Source: Bradymonadia bacterium (GTDB taxonomy: Bacteria; Myxococcota_A; Bradymonadia; UBA7976; UBA1532). From it: 64,000 nucleotides of DNA. Shown here piece by piece: positions 21,933-34,200 of the stretch. The position numbers and the translations under genes are program-made. Where the stretch lies: contig JBKAGE010000041.1 of NCBI GenBank assembly GCA_046290225.1, positions 1 to 64,000 of the forward strand, given 5' to 3'. The notes under the pieces were generated by a model, which was not told where the DNA came from, ran no database searches, and saw nothing but the letters and a program-made list of their open reading frames with translations. Numbering within the stretch: the stretch's first letter is position 1; the number at the start of each line of letters is the position of its first letter.

Positions 21933-22047
21933 TTGTCGCAGAATTTCTCGGGTCAGTGTTTTCGGTGGGTTATGGCGCTGTTCAAGGTGTGGGTCGATGG
22001 CACAGAGCCTGAGAAAGTGCCAGATGTGCCGATGTGTGTGACACCTC

Positions 22048-22680
22048 TCAGAGGTTGAACGCCCACCCCAGTGAGACGTTGGCGAAGACGCCGAAGTCCT
22101 TCGCCTCGTGCACCTCTCCGGTGTCGAAGGTGTGCTTGTCGTCGTCGAGGCTGGACCAGATGTTGGGCCAGTAACGCAGATAAATGTTCGTGTGCAGGCC
22201 GTCCCAGATGAAATAGCGCCACGCCAGCACGGGGCCGATGCTCACGGTGGTGTACGACAGCGACTCTCCGCCCGGGTGGTCGATCTCGAAGCGGTGTCCC
22301 TTGAACTCTGCGCCGAGATACAGCTCGTCCAGCAGCACATAGCCTATACCAGCCCCTGTGCTCCACGGGGTGAACACCTCGAGGTTCTGACGCTCCTCTT
22401 CTTCGGTGAGCGCCACCCCGCCGGCGGCGTTGAAGTCGAGGTTCATGCCGTGGGAGTACTCGAACACCCATCGCTTGTAGCGACCCTCCACCGCAACGTT
22501 GAAGCCGTTGATCAACAGCTGGCTCAGGCCGAAGTTCACGCCCAGCTGCCCCGAGTCCGCGCTTCGAGCTTCGAGCTGAAACTCGTGACCAGGGAAGCCC
22601 TCACTGCCAGGGCCGTGGGATTGGGCGGCAACGGGGTAGAAGAGAAGCAGGCAAAACGGGATCAACAGATGGTGTCGCAT
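22048..22680 (-). CDS. Exported protein, probable small outer-membrane beta-barrel
   Basis: Signal peptide, alternating amphipathic strands, C-terminal VSLGWAFNL. Confidence 0.6.
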   Translation of the reverse strand: MRHHLLIPFCLLLFYPVAAQSHGPGSEGFPGHEFQLEARSADSGQLGVNFGLSQLLINGFNVAVEGRYKRWVFEYSHGMNLDFNAAGGVALTEEEERQNLEVFTPWSTGAGIGYVLLDELYLGAEFKGHRFEIDHPGGESLSYTTVSIGPVLAWRYFIWDGLHTNIYLRYWPNIWSSLDDDKHTFDTGEVHEAKDFGVFANVSLGWAFNL

Positions 22681-22766
22681 GTGGCCTCGTCGTTCAGGTG
22701 GGGACTGCCCTCAAACTAGCGAGCGACCATGCGGGTCGACAGTGCAGCAGCGGCCAATGAAATGAC

Positions 22767-23765
22767 CTATCTGGCCACCTCGCCGGTGCGGGCGAAGACA
22801 CCAGGGGCGACGCCGAACCATCGACGAAATGCCCGAGTGAAGGCGCTGGCGTCCGAATAGCCGAGCTGCCACGCCACCTCGGCCACCGTGGCGCGGCCAC
22901 CCTTCAGTTGAGCCTGTGCTTCGTGTTGTCGCACCCGGTCGAGCACCTCGGAGTAGCGGGTGTTGGTGGCCTGAAGTCGTCGACGGAGGGTCCTCGGGCT
23001 CACTCCCATGTCCCGGGCCATCTCTTCCAATGTGGGGGTGCCCGACGGCAGCCGGCTCAGCAACAAGCGCTCGACCTGACCGATGATGGCGTGCTCGACG
23101 ATGGGCATGCGGGCTTCGAGCTGCGCTTCGAACCAGGCCGCCATGGCCGGGTTGGCCATCTTCGGGGCCTGAGACATGCACGTGTCGGAGAAGCTGAAGC
23201 CGTCGGACTCGGCGCTGAAGCGTGGCTGCAGGCCGAAGAATTCGGTGTGGGCCTCGATGTTGGGCGGCGCTCGGTGGCGAAAGCGCACATCTGAGAGCTC
23301 GACAATGCCCATAAGCGCGCGCAGGACCTGCACCCACTCGGCGATCACCCCCTCGTTGGCCGCTCGATAGCCCAGGGCGGGCGGGCCGGTGCGGTGCCAC
23401 TCCATGTGCACCTGGCCGTCCGCGAGACTGTAGGTCCAGTGAGACGAGGGGCAGTGCAGCGTTTGATAGCGAATGCCTCGGCGTAGGGCTTCGGCGCCAT
23501 CTGGCGCGGTCATCACCGCGAAACCCACCACGGAGTAGTCTTCCGGAGAGAGCTTCGAGGCGAGGCGCACGGGCCAGCCGGGATCATCGAGGCGGCGGAT
23601 GATGTCGCCGTAGACCGCATAGAACACGTCGAGGTTCACCGGGTGGAGGGGGTCTTCAACACCCTCCAAGCCCAATTGCACGCGATAGGGCTGGCCGTCG
23701 AGCCCCTCCGCCTCGGCCAGGCGGATGGTGTTCCAGGCGATCTGAGCAACGATGGTGCGTACCAT
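22767..23765 (-). CDS. AraC-family transcriptional regulator (OruR/arabinose-binding-2 type N-domain)
   Basis: LEEMARDMGVSPRTLRRRL…VAEVAWQLGYSDASAFTRAFRRWFGVAP. Confidence 0.92.
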   Translation of the reverse strand: MVRTIVAQIAWNTIRLAEAEGLDGQPYRVQLGLEGVEDPLHPVNLDVFYAVYGDIIRRLDDPGWPVRLASKLSPEDYSVVGFAVMTAPDGAEALRRGIRYQTLHCPSSHWTYSLADGQVHMEWHRTGPPALGYRAANEGVIAEWVQVLRALMGIVELSDVRFRHRAPPNIEAHTEFFGLQPRFSAESDGFSFSDTCMSQAPKMANPAMAAWFEAQLEARMPIVEHAIIGQVERLLLSRLPSGTPTLEEMARDMGVSPRTLRRRLQATNTRYSEVLDRVRQHEAQAQLKGGRATVAEVAWQLGYSDASAFTRAFRRWFGVAPGVFARTGEVAR

Positions 23766-23820
23766 GGGGTCGAGCTTCGGAGATGTCGCTCACTTGCGCA
23801 AGTGGTTGCTCGCGCTCGAG

Positions 23821-26800
23821 TCAGGGTTCCTCGGGGGGCGGCGGGGGGGTCAACTGCAGGGGCAGCTCGAACGAGCGCCCCGGCGCCGTGGGGGTCCAGG
23901 CCGCGGGCATGGGCTCGGTCACGGGGTTGCGCACCACCGTGTCGAAGAATGGGCCGGCCTCACGGGTCGGGAAGGCGGGGTTGCTGGGCTGGAAGATCAC
24001 ATGGCCGGCGAGCCAGCGCAGGCCCATCTCGATGTCGAGGTGGCGGTTGTTCACGGCGCTGGCCCGCATGTCCACGCTGATGGAGGCCTGCACCCGGCCA
24101 TCTCCGTTCACGTCGGCCCCAGCGGGGATCTGCACGTTGGCCGGCGTGCCGACATCGAAGGTCACCATTGAGCCGTCTTCGAGGGTCATGGTGGCCTCGA
24201 CGCCGTCGAAGGTCATGGTGATGTCTTCGTCGAGGTGGATGAAGCCGAAGACGTTCATGCCGTAGATGGTGGCCGTGAGCGTACCTCCGCCGATGTCGAT
24301 GATCTGTCGGTTGCCGACGAGCCCAGCCCCCGGCAGCGTCCGCCGACCGCCGGTGTCCGGCGGTGCGGGCAACAGGAGTAGACCCCCAGGGACCCCGGTT
24401 TGTTGGAGGATGTAGTTGATGTAGTCGTCCCAGGGGATCTCCTCACGCACGATGCGGGTGCGCCAGGCCTCCCCCGTGCCTCGGAGCGTGCGGCGATCTG
24501 CGCTCACCGTGCCCTCCACGATCTCGGGGAAGTCGGTGAAGATCCGCTCGAAGAGAGGCTGTTGGGTGAAGGGGCCGATGGCGAGCTCCTGGCAGCCGCC
24601 GACGCAGGCCCGCATGCGGACGGCGAAGTTGTTCATGAGGGCCCGCACCGTCACCGAGTAGTTCGGTAGACCTGCCCGCAGCCGTGCACCCTCAAGCATG
24701 GTGAAGCTGCTGGTGATGGCCACGTTCTGCCCCGGCACGATGCGGTCGGGGATCGTGATGCTCACTTCGACCGGCCACTCTGCGGCCATGCGCCCGGTGT
24801 CGTAGTAGCCTTCGAGGCCCAGGGCGAGCTGCCCGGTGCGGAGCACATCCACGTTCACAGGGCCCACGGGTCCGGTGAGGAGGCTCCGCTCCCCGTCGAT
24901 CTGAATCCCCGAGAGGGGGATGGGCGCCCGCTGGGTTTCACCGCCCACGAGGCTCTGGTTCGCGATCACATAGGTGTGCCGGAACCGCGTCGTGAGGGAC
25001 TCAAGGTTGGTGACGGTCACCCTGATGTTCACCTCGTTGGCGTTCCCCGAGGGGTCTGTCGCCGTCAGCACGAGATCGATGGTGGGGGTGCGCTCGAAGT
25101 CGATGGCTTCGGCGGTGGCCACCTGCAGCGTGCCGTCGGCGAGCAGCTCGAAGGCCCCCGTAGGATCAGTCAGCTCGAGAGTGGGGCTCAAACCTTCAGG
25201 ATCAGTGGCTACGTAGCGGTGCAGTACTCTGCCGTGCTCCACGGCCTCTTGCACCTCGAAGGCCGTCGGTGTGCCTGGGGCGAAGACCGGGGCCTCGTCG
25301 ACATTGCTCACCCGCACTGTGATGGCGCGGCGAGTGGCGACGCCGTCGTCGTCGGTGATGACGGCTACCACGTCGAAGGTCGGGTTCTGCTCGAAGTTGG
25401 GATCACCGCCAGGGGCCACCCGCACCACGCCGTTCGCGTCCACCGTGAGGGTGCCCGAGGCGTCTTCCAGGGCGTATGCTGCGATGGCGCCGTCGTCGGT
25501 GGCGCGCAGATCACCCACGGCGTCGCCGGGCAGGGCAGTCTCGAGCAGCGTCAGGCCCGTCGTGAAGACGCTCGGGGCGAGCAGCACTTGAGGCTCACCC
25601 TGGACCATCAGCCGCACCGGACCATCATCGAAACGTCGCCAGGTTTGTCCCTCGAGCACCATCTCACTCCCCGTCACCCAGCCCGAGCCGCTGGCGACCA
25701 CTGTGTCCTCGGCGCTGCCGGTGACCCACAGAGTGCGGGCGCCGCCGGTGTTGCGCATGATGCGCGGGGCGTCCACCACCAGGCGATCTGCACCGGCGGC
25801 GGTGAGATCGACGCGCTCGATGTTGCGCACCTTGCCGTTGAGCGCGGTGAGGTCGACCACCAGGCCCCCAGCGGTCCTCAGAGTGTCGGTCCCGGGGCCA
25901 CCGTCGATGCGGCGGAAGGCGGTGTCGCTGATGACGATGGTGTCGTTGCCGCGGCCGCCGTTGACGGCGTCGTCGCCACCACCGCCGTTGATGGTGTCGT
26001 TGCCGCCCTGGGCGACGATGACGTCGGCAGCGCCAGTGCCCGCAAGGGTCTCGTCGTTGTCATTGCCCCGCAGCGTGATGACGCCACGATCATCGCGACC
26101 AAAGTAGACCATGACCGCACCACCCTCGGCCCGAGTGGGGGCGCCGACGAGGATGTCGGCGAGGCCGTCGCCGTTGACGTCGCCCACATCGACGGAGTGA
26201 CCGAAGCGGCTTGAAGGCCAGGGCCCGTCGAGGGTGAAGCCCTCACCGGCGTTGACGAGGTCGTTCCAGAGCGGAGTAGGGGCGTCGGGGCGCCCGTAGA
26301 CTACGATGACCTGACCCTGGCTGTTGTTCCACTCGGGGTGGCCCACCACGATGTCGTCATAGCCGTCGCCGTTAAGGTCGCCCATGGCACCCTGGAACGT
26401 CCGCGGCCCTGGGATCGCGTCGATGGCGAAGCCCCCGTTGCCCGCCAGCAGCTGGTTGATGTTGGGCACGACACGATCAGCGCGGCCGTAGACGCCCACC
26501 AGCTCAGTCTGGCCGTTGGGCCGCAGGGTGGAGAAGATCAAATCGTCGAGGCCGTCGCCGTTGAAGTCGCCTCCGCTCGCCGCAGTGTTCCGGGCCTGTG
26601 AGCGGCCCTCGACCACCTGGTTCACCACAGTGAACGAGGGCGTGAAGTTGCCAAAGAGCAGGCTGGTCTGCGTGCCATCCGTGATGTCGATGCGGCGGGT
26701 GGTTTCGCGGCCCCAGACCACGTACGAGGTGATGGAGGGCCAGTACGAGGTGGGGTTGAGCCACAGATCACCCAGGCCGTCGCCGTCGAGATCGCCGGCG

Positions 26801-29800
26801 CTGCCGAAGTACTGCCCCCACTCGGAGGTGAAGCCGTCAAAGCGGGGCGTGGGCAGGGTGAAGTCGATGACGCGGCCCTGCTGCAGCGAGGCTACGTCGG
26901 AGATGTCCACCTGGCCGATGTTGGTGCCCCCGGGCAGGATGTACATGTTCCCAATCTTGTTGGCACCCTGCGTCGGGGCGCTGGCGACGAGATCGTCGTA
27001 GCCGTCGCCGTTGAAGTCCTGTACCAGCACCATCCGCGTGCCCAGCGTGTCGCCGCCGTCGGGGACCGTGCGGCCGGTGCCGCCGATGAGGGTGTCCACA
27101 CCGCCCAGGCCCTGCAGCCCGCTCGCCGAGGCTCCGGAGATCATGTAGGCGCGGCCGGCGATGGGATCACCAGCGGCGCTCAGGGCTGCGGGGGCGCCCA
27201 CGGCAAAGTCGGGCACCGCGTCGTCGTCGAAGAACCGTGCCCCTCGGGTCACCGAGTAGCCGAAGACGTCGCCGAAGGGTTGGGTGTCGAGACTACCAAC
27301 GCTGAGGGACGTGAGCACGTTGCCGTACCGGGCCACCGCGCGGCCGCCAGACTCACCGTTGAGCGTGAACAGCGCCACGCCGCCTCTGGGTTGCTGGTCT
27401 GCAGTGTCTCGTTTGCCAGCGATCGCATAGACCTGGCCCGCCTCGTTGGCCTCTGGCGTCGGCGCGGCGTTCGGCGCGCCGACGAGCATGTCGTTGAGGC
27501 TGTCGCCGTCGAGGTCAGCAGAGACCGACACCTGCGCACCAAAGGCGTCACCGGCGGTGCCGCTCAGGATGTCGTACGTCCCACGGTTGACCACCGAGGG
27601 CCGGGTGGTGGTGAAGGATCCCAGGCGACCGCCGGGGCTCAGCGCCGCGGCGCGACACTCAACGAGATCGCCGTCGGCGAGGTTGTCGGTGACATAGGTA
27701 GAACCCGACTGTGCTTCGTCGAGAACGTCGTTGACGTACCATTCGTACACGATCTCGCTGGGATCGCCGCAGTTCGTGCTCAGTGGGGTGGCGGTGCAGC
27801 GGATCACCTCGCCGATGACGGGCTGGGCGGGGCCGGTGGTGTAGTCGGTGACGGTGGCCACGCCAGCGAGCACGGTGAGGGTCGGCGTGCTGAGCTCCCA
27901 GGTGGCGCCGGGGGGACCGACGGTGGCGGTGCAGGTGAGGGTGTCCCCGATGTCGAGGTTGTCGAGGGTGTCGGGGTTGCCGTTGACGGGCTGGCCGTTC
28001 AGGGTCCAGCGGTACGACACGGGGAGCGGGTTGGCGGGATCGATGATGTCGAGGCCCGCAGCGGCGCAGGTGAAGGGGTCGCAGAAGGTACCCTGAGGTG
28101 AGGTGATGCTGGCAGTGACGCCCACCACGACATATCGAGCAGCGCCGAGCGATTCGACAAAGCCGCCGTCGGGGTTCTCTACGTAGATGTCGATGAGGCC
28201 CACCCCCGCAGCGCTCGCAGGGGGCGTCACGGTGAGCATGCCCTCGTCCACGCGGTCCACGGCCACCTCGGTGTCGTTGAGCCACACACGCACCTCAGGC
28301 TGGAAGTTCGACCCCGTCAGCGTGATGTCCACGTCGCCGATGTGAGAGACCTCCAAGGGCGCCACGGTGTCGAGTACCGGAGGCTCTACGAAGCACACCC
28401 CGCCACGGCAATTGAGACGCGCGCAGTCTTCATGGCCCACGCACACCTGATTGCCCAGGCAGCCCGGACAATCACCGCCACAATCCACGTCCGTCTCGGT
28501 GCCGTTGCGCACGCCATCGTCACAGGCCGGCGCCGCACAAGCGTCACCGGCGCACACCCCGCTCTCACAGAGACTGGGCTCGGCGCAGGGTGTACCTGTG
28601 GGGCACAGCGGGCAGGGCCCGCCACAGTCCAGGGCGAGCTCGCCTCCGTTCTGCACGCCGTCGTCGCAGGCGGGCACCGCACAGGCCCCCCCTGTGCACA
28701 CGCCGCTCGCGCAGCTGTCCGGGCCAGCGCAAGGGGTGCCCGCGAGGCACAGCGGGCAGGGGCCGCCACAGTCTACGGCGGCCTCGGCGCCGTTGCGCAC
28801 GGTGTCGTCGCAGGTGGGCGCCGCGCAGGCCCCCTCGGCGCACACGCCAGAAGCGCAGTCACCCGGCTGAGCGCAGCTCAGGCCATCGGCGCAGGTGGGG
28901 CAGGGGCCGCCACAGTCCACGTCGGTCTCGATGCCGTTGCGTACGCCGTCGTCACATGCGGGCGCTGCGCAGTTGCCCTGAGCGCACACGCCGCTCTGAC
29001 AGTCATTTGGCTGGACACACAGGGCGCCATCGGCGCAGGCGGGGCAGGAGCCACCACAATCAACATCGATCTCGTCGCCGTTGCGCACGGTGTCGTCACA
29101 GGTGGGCGCCGCGCAGGCGCCGTCGGGGCAGACCCCCGAGGTGCAATCGCTGTCTGCGATGCATGCGTCACCATCAGCGCAGGGGTCACAGGCGGGGCCG
29201 CCGCAGTCGGTGTCGAGCTCGTCGCCGTTGCGCACGGCATCGTCACAAGCAGGGGTTGCGCAGACACCATCGGGGCATACCCCCGAGGTACAATCACCAT
29301 CCTCTACGCACGCCCCACCATCGGCGCAGGGGCCACAGGTGGGGCCACCACAGTCGGTGTCGGTCTCATCGCCGTTACGCACGGTGTCGTCACAGGCGGG
29401 GGTGGCGCACACGTCATCAGTGCAGATCTGACTCTGGCAATCGCTGGGTTGAGCGCATCCCTGGTCTGCCAGACAGGGCCCGCAGATGGGGCCACCGCAG
29501 TCGACGTCCGTCTCTTCCCCGTTTTGCACCGTGTCCATGCAGGTGGGCGGAGTGCAGAAGCCGTCGACGCAGGGGATGCCGTCGCAGTCTTCAGGGGCGA
29601 GGCACTGACCGCCGGGTCCGCAGGGCGCGCATTCGGGGCCGCCGCAATCGATGTCGGTCTCATCGCCGTTCTGCATGCCGTCATCGCAGGTGGGCTCTGG
29701 GGGCATCGCATCAGGTACGACGGCATCCGGCACCATGACATCCGGCACCATGACATCCGGCACCATGACATCTGGCATCATGGCATCAGAGAGCGTCGCA

Positions 29801-30024
29801 TCTGGCTCGGGTGGCATTGCGTCGGGATCAGGTGCCAGGGCGTCAGGCTCACCGATCTGTGCGTCGGGATCACCGAGGGCTGAATCTGGCTCAAAAGGCT
29901 CCATGTCGAGCTCTGGTGTGGCGTCGACCACGACCATTGCGTCGGCTGGTGGATTACCTCCATCATTTCCGCCATCGTCACAGGCCCACAAGAGCAGGCA
30001 GAGGACAGGCCACAGTCGTTTCAT
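23821..30024 (-). CDS. Giant adhesin-like lipoprotein, copy B (PDA/PDV linker, 9 Cys-rich repeats, IPT/Ig, FG-GAP, RTX, cadherin, C-terminal domain)
   Basis: Lipobox LWAC; [17 protein letters not shown] repeats; GDxNGDGxDDxx[39 protein letters not shown] cadherin motifs. Confidence 0.88.
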   Translation of the reverse strand: MKRLWPVLCLLLWACDDGGNDGGNPPADAMVVVDATPELDMEPFEPDSALGDPDAQIGEPDALAPDPDAMPPEPDATLSDAMMPDVMVPDVMVPDVMVPDAVVPDAMPPEPTCDDGMQNGDETDIDCGGPECAPCGPGGQCLAPEDCDGIPCVDGFCTPPTCMDTVQNGEETDVDCGGPICGPCLADQGCAQPSDCQSQICTDDVCATPACDDTVRNGDETDTDCGGPTCGPCADGGACVEDGDCTSGVCPDGVCATPACDDAVRNGDELDTDCGGPACDPCADGDACIADSDCTSGVCPDGACAAPTCDDTVRNGDEIDVDCGGSCPACADGALCVQPNDCQSGVCAQGNCAAPACDDGVRNGIETDVDCGGPCPTCADGLSCAQPGDCASGVCAEGACAAPTCDDTVRNGAEAAVDCGGPCPLCLAGTPCAGPDSCASGVCTGGACAVPACDDGVQNGGELALDCGGPCPLCPTGTPCAEPSLCESGVCAGDACAAPACDDGVRNGTETDVDCGGDCPGCLGNQVCVGHEDCARLNCRGGVCFVEPPVLDTVAPLEVSHIGDVDITLTGSNFQPEVRVWLNDTEVAVDRVDEGMLTVTPPASAAGVGLIDIYVENPDGGFVESLGAARYVVVGVTASITSPQGTFCDPFTCAAAGLDIIDPANPLPVSYRWTLNGQPVNGNPDTLDNLDIGDTLTCTATVGPPGATWELSTPTLTVLAGVATVTDYTTGPAQPVIGEVIRCTATPLSTNCGDPSEIVYEWYVNDVLDEAQSGSTYVTDNLADGDLVECRAAALSPGGRLGSFTTTRPSVVNRGTYDILSGTAGDAFGAQVSVSADLDGDSLNDMLVGAPNAAPTPEANEAGQVYAIAGKRDTADQQPRGGVALFTLNGESGGRAVARYGNVLTSLSVGSLDTQPFGDVFGYSVTRGARFFDDDAVPDFAVGAPAALSAAGDPIAGRAYMISGASASGLQGLGGVDTLIGGTGRTVPDGGDTLGTRMVLVQDFNGDGYDDLVASAPTQGANKIGNMYILPGGTNIGQVDISDVASLQQGRVIDFTLPTPRFDGFTSEWGQYFGSAGDLDGDGLGDLWLNPTSYWPSITSYVVWGRETTRRIDITDGTQTSLLFGNFTPSFTVVNQVVEGRSQARNTAASGGDFNGDGLDDLIFSTLRPNGQTELVGVYGRADRVVPNINQLLAGNGGFAIDAIPGPRTFQGAMGDLNGDGYDDIVVGHPEWNNSQGQVIVVYGRPDAPTPLWNDLVNAGEGFTLDGPWPSSRFGHSVDVGDVNGDGLADILVGAPTRAEGGAVMVYFGRDDRGVITLRGNDNDETLAGTGAADVIVAQGGNDTINGGGGDDAVNGGRGNDTIVISDTAFRRIDGGPGTDTLRTAGGLVVDLTALNGKVRNIERVDLTAAGADRLVVDAPRIMRNTGGARTLWVTGSAEDTVVASGSGWVTGSEMVLEGQTWRRFDDGPVRLMVQGEPQVLLAPSVFTTGLTLLETALPGDAVGDLRATDDGAIAAYALEDASGTLTVDANGVVRVAPGGDPNFEQNPTFDVVAVITDDDGVATRRAITVRVSNVDEAPVFAPGTPTAFEVQEAVEHGRVLHRYVATDPEGLSPTLELTDPTGAFELLADGTLQVATAEAIDFERTPTIDLVLTATDPSGNANEVNIRVTVTNLESLTTRFRHTYVIANQSLVGGETQRAPIPLSGIQIDGERSLLTGPVGPVNVDVLRTGQLALGLEGYYDTGRMAAEWPVEVSITIPDRIVPGQNVAITSSFTMLEGARLRAGLPNYSVTVRALMNNFAVRMRACVGGCQELAIGPFTQQPLFERIFTDFPEIVEGTVSADRRTLRGTGEAWRTRIVREEIPWDDYINYILQQTGVPGGLLLLPAPPDTGGRRTLPGAGLVGNRQIIDIGGGTLTATIYGMNVFGFIHLDEDITMTFDGVEATMTLEDGSMVTFDVGTPANVQIPAGADVNGDGRVQASISVDMRASAVNNRHLDIEMGLRWLAGHVIFQPSNPAFPTREAGPFFDTVVRNPVTEPMPAAWTPTAPGRSFELPLQLTPPPPPEEP

Positions 30025-30237
30025 CGGAGCTCCCTCGAACAGGTCTTCATCTCGGCATGCCCAGATTCAGGCATTCACATGCCGTGTGACACCGCTCATG
30101 CGAGAGGTGGCAAACAACCTTCGACATTTTTCGAGCCGGCGCATGATTCGGATCAGGCAGATTCAACTCAACTGAAAAAGATGCGCTGGTACGCCATGGC
30201 CTTGAGCGGGACCACTGCACGCTGTAAGGGTCGTGCC

Positions 30238-31263
30238 ATGCAGACGCTCACTCTCCGACGACCCGACGACTGGCATCTCCACTTACGCGACGGCGCGGCG
30301 CTCCATGCCGTGGCCGGCGCCACGGCGGCGGTCTTTCGCCGTGCCCTGGTGATGCCTAACCTGAAACCCCCGGTGCGCACCGTGGCGGATGCCCAGGCCT
30401 ACCGCAGGCGCATCCTCGAAGCGGCGCCCGAGCTGGTGCCGCTGATGACGCTGTATCTGACAGATCAGACCAGCCCTGCGGACATCGAAGCAGCAGGGGC
30501 CGACCCTCACGTGGTGGCCTGCAAGCTCTACCCCGCCGGGGCCACGACGAACTCCGACTCTGGAGTCACCGACATCGGTGGCCTCGACCCTGTGCTCGAG
30601 GCCATGGCCGAGCATGGTGTGGTGTTGTGCGTACACGGCGAGGTCACCCACTCAGAGGTCGACGTCTTCGATCGCGAGGCGCGGTTCCTCGACGATGTGC
30701 TTTCTCCTCTGGTGGCGCGGCATCCGAAGCTCAAGGTGGTGCTCGAGCACATCACCACCGCCGAGGGCATCGCCTTCGTACAGGCCCACGACCAGAACGT
30801 CGGGGGCACGGTGACCCCACAGCACATGCTCCTGAACCGGAATGCGCTCTTCGAAGGTGGGCTGCGACCGCATCACTACTGTCTGCCGGTGCTCAAGCGA
30901 GAGACCCACCGACAGGCCATCGTCGAGGCGGTGACCTCAGGGGATGAGCGTTTCTTCTTGGGTACCGATTCTGCCCCCCACGCCAAGGGCGCTAAAGAGT
31001 CGGACTGCGGCTGTGCGGGCGTGTACAGCGCCCCCCATGCATTGCCGCTGTATGCCGAGGCCTTCGAAGACGCAGGGGCGCTACAGCACCTCGAAGGTTT
31101 CGCCAGCCTCAATGGCCCGAAGTTCTATGGGCGCGCGCCCAACCCCGACACCGTCACCCTGGAGCGGGTGGAGACGCCAGTGCCTCCGGTGTTGCCGTTT
31201 GGTGATGACGAGATCGTACCGTTTCGCTACGGCGGCACGGTGCGTTGGCGGGTCAGTGGGTAA
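30238..31263 (+). CDS. pyrC: Dihydroorotase (homodimeric type)
   Basis: [48 protein letters not shown]. Confidence 0.96.
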   Translation: MQTLTLRRPDDWHLHLRDGAALHAVAGATAAVFRRALVMPNLKPPVRTVADAQAYRRRILEAAPELVPLMTLYLTDQTSPADIEAAGADPHVVACKLYPAGATTNSDSGVTDIGGLDPVLEAMAEHGVVLCVHGEVTHSEVDVFDREARFLDDVLSPLVARHPKLKVVLEHITTAEGIAFVQAHDQNVGGTVTPQHMLLNRNALFEGGLRPHHYCLPVLKRETHRQAIVEAVTSGDERFFLGTDSAPHAKGAKESDCGCAGVYSAPHALPLYAEAFEDAGALQHLEGFASLNGPKFYGRAPNPDTVTLERVETPVPPVLPFGDDEIVPFRYGGTVRWRVSG

Positions 31264-31294
31264 GGCTTGCAGGTGGCGATGACGCCTGCCCCAC

Positions 31295-34200
31295 TCACTC
31301 TGTGGGGGCTGTGCCCAGATCGATGGTGAGCAGGTTGTCACCCAGCTGATTGGCGCTCGTACGTGACGTGCGATCACCTTGGCCGAGCTGTCCGGCGTTG
31401 TTCATGCCCCAGCACTTCACTCGACCGTTGTTCAGCACTGCGCAGACGTGATCGTGACCGGCGGAAATTTGCGCCGCAGTCAGATCCGTACCGAGATCGG
31501 TGACAGGGAGGTTGTCGCCCATTTCGTTCGGCGCATTCCCGATGCCATTGCCCCAGCACTTCACCGCGCCATCGTGGAATCGAGCGCATGCGCGGTAGTA
31601 ACCCGCCGAAATCTCCACCGGGTTGCGGCCTCCGCCCAGGTCGACGAAGGGCAGGTCGTCGCCCATCTCTCCGGGATCGTCGCCGCGGTTCTCTTCATCG
31701 CCCGAGCCGAGCCGGCCCTGACGGCCGTCGCCGAAGCACTTCACAGAGTTGGACGTCAGCAGAGCACATGTGAAGACCGAGCCCGCCGCGGTCTCGGTTG
31801 CACTTTGCCCTGTGCCCAGGGCCACAGGGGGCAGGTTGTCGCCCATGTCCCCGGCATTGCTGCCCCGGTTGTTCGTGTCACCCTGGCCGAGCTGGCCAAA
31901 GGCGTTGTGGCCCCAGCATTTGACAGTGTGGTTGTCGAGTGTGGCGCAGACATGCGCGTTGGAGCGGCTGATCGAAATGTGCGTTGCCGATCTGCCAACG
32001 CCGAGGTCGACGCTTTCGCCGGGATTGGGGGTACCGAGTGCACCTGTGCTGTTCGAGCCCCAGCACCTGACGGAGCCATCTTCGAGCAGTGCACACGTGG
32101 CGAAGAGACCGGCGGCGACCTGAACCGCTCTGAGGCCGAGGGGTACAATGGGCAGGGCGTCGCCCATCTCGCCTGCTTCGTCCCCCACATGGCCAGAGCC
32201 TGCAATCGCATCCGGGTTTCCGAGCTGGCCATAGTCGTTGTTGCCCCAGCATTTGACCGTGCCGTCGTCCAGGATGGCGCAGGTGTGCTTTCCGCCCGCG
32301 TCGACCCGGACCGCTGTCCGGCCGGTGCCCAGGTCGACGGTGCCCAGGCGATCACCCATCTCGTTGGGGTTGTCACCTCGATCCTCGGTGTCGCCCAAGC
32401 CCAGCTGACCGCTCGTGTTGCGGCCCCAGCACTTCACGCTGCCATCATCGAGCAGTGCGCAGGTGTGATAGTCGCCCGCTTCGATTTGCAGAGCGGTGGT
32501 ACACCCAGGATCTTCGTCGATCTGGCCGTCGCAATCATTGTCGATGTTGTCGCCACAGATATCGGTCACGTCAGCGTTGATCACAACACACTCGACGCTG
32601 GCGCCGACACACATCAACTGGCCCTGACAGACATTGTTGGCCCCCGTCGTACATGCATTGCCCACGTTGGCCACGTCGTCCACCGTGCCGTTGCAATCGT
32701 CATCGAATCCGTTACATGTCTCGGCGCTGGGCGCGCTGGGCTGGCAGGCCAGAGCACCCGCCTCACACACAGTCGAGCCGTTGGCGCAGTTGCCTTCGGC
32801 GCCGGCAGAGCAGTCGAGCCCCACATCGGCGACCTCCTCGTCGATCTGGCCGTCGCAGTCATCGTCGATGTTGTTGCACTGCTCTGAGCTGCCGGCGATC
32901 CGCAGGGCATCACAGATCACGCCTGTGCCGTCGCCGTTGCACACCAGGGTGCCGTCAGAGGTACAGGCACCCGTGCCCACCGAGCACGGATCTCCGAGTT
33001 CATTGAGGAAGTCCTCGTCGATGGTGCCGTCACAGTCATCGTCCTCGCCATTGCACAGGTCGAGATCGTGCGGATCACACCCAGGGTTGTCGGTCTCTGG
33101 CAGTGGGGCGCCGATGGCCCGCAGCGCGATGCCCAGCTCGCTGTCGGCGCTGCTGCGGGCGCTGAGGTTGATCATGTGGAACTGCTGATCGCCCTGGGTG
33201 GACGCACAGAGTGTGGAGCCTGGGAGATCTCGAGGAGGCTGTACCTGAGGGCAGGCGCCCCAGGTGGGCTGGCCGTCGTGATCATTGAGGCGGCCGAGGT
33301 ATTCCCAGCCGAGAATGACCTCCACGGCGCTCGCGGTGCCGCTGGCCCGCGCCTCGTAGTCAGCGTCGTTGCAGATGAAGGCCACGGCGAGCTCGTCGTT
33401 GTAATCGATGATGCCGGAGAGACGCATGGGGCGGAACTGGCCATCAAAGCCCGTGGAGGTGCACCGCAGATCACCATCTTCACCGGCGAGGGCTGCAGGA
33501 CAGGGACCCCAGGCCTCCGTACCGTCCAGCGCTTCGCCCGCATCGCGTGACGATGCGCCGAGATAGAGCGCACAGTGATTCTGGAACCAGGCCGCCAGGC
33601 CGGGCTGCTCTGCGTCGCTGCAGGTGAAGGCCACGGCGAGGTGATCGCCATCTTGCAGCTCGTCAGTGACACCGAGAGCGCGGAAGCGATCGTCTCGTCG
33701 GGTCGACGTGCACCGTGTCTGGCCTTCGGTGTCGAGTGCGCTGAGCATGCACTCGCCAAACTCAGCCACCGGTCTGACTGCGAAGTCTTGCCCTGTGGCT
33801 TGACCGAGCCAGACCTCACAGTTGCGCGAGACGTACGTGCCGCAGCTGCTGCCCTCGTCGACGAGGCCATCACAGTCATCGTCGAAGTTGTTGCACAGCT
33901 CCTCTGAGGGGGCGCCGGCAACAGCGTTACATGCTGCTTCTCCCTCAGGGGTGCAGGTGATGGTGCCGCCTTGCTGGCAGAGCCCGACACCGGTCATGCA
34001 GAGCTCACCGAGCAGCGGGTAGTCTTCGTCGGTCTGCCCATCGCAGTCGTCGTCTGCGTCGTTGCACAGCTCGGCTTCAGGCCTTACTTCGCCCTCGCAC
34101 CCGCCCCATTGCCCCGCAGCGCATGTGCTGATGCCCTCGCGGCACTGGCCCGCACCTGCAGTGCCCTCAGGGCCGGTGTAGCAGGCTTGCGAGAGGCCCT

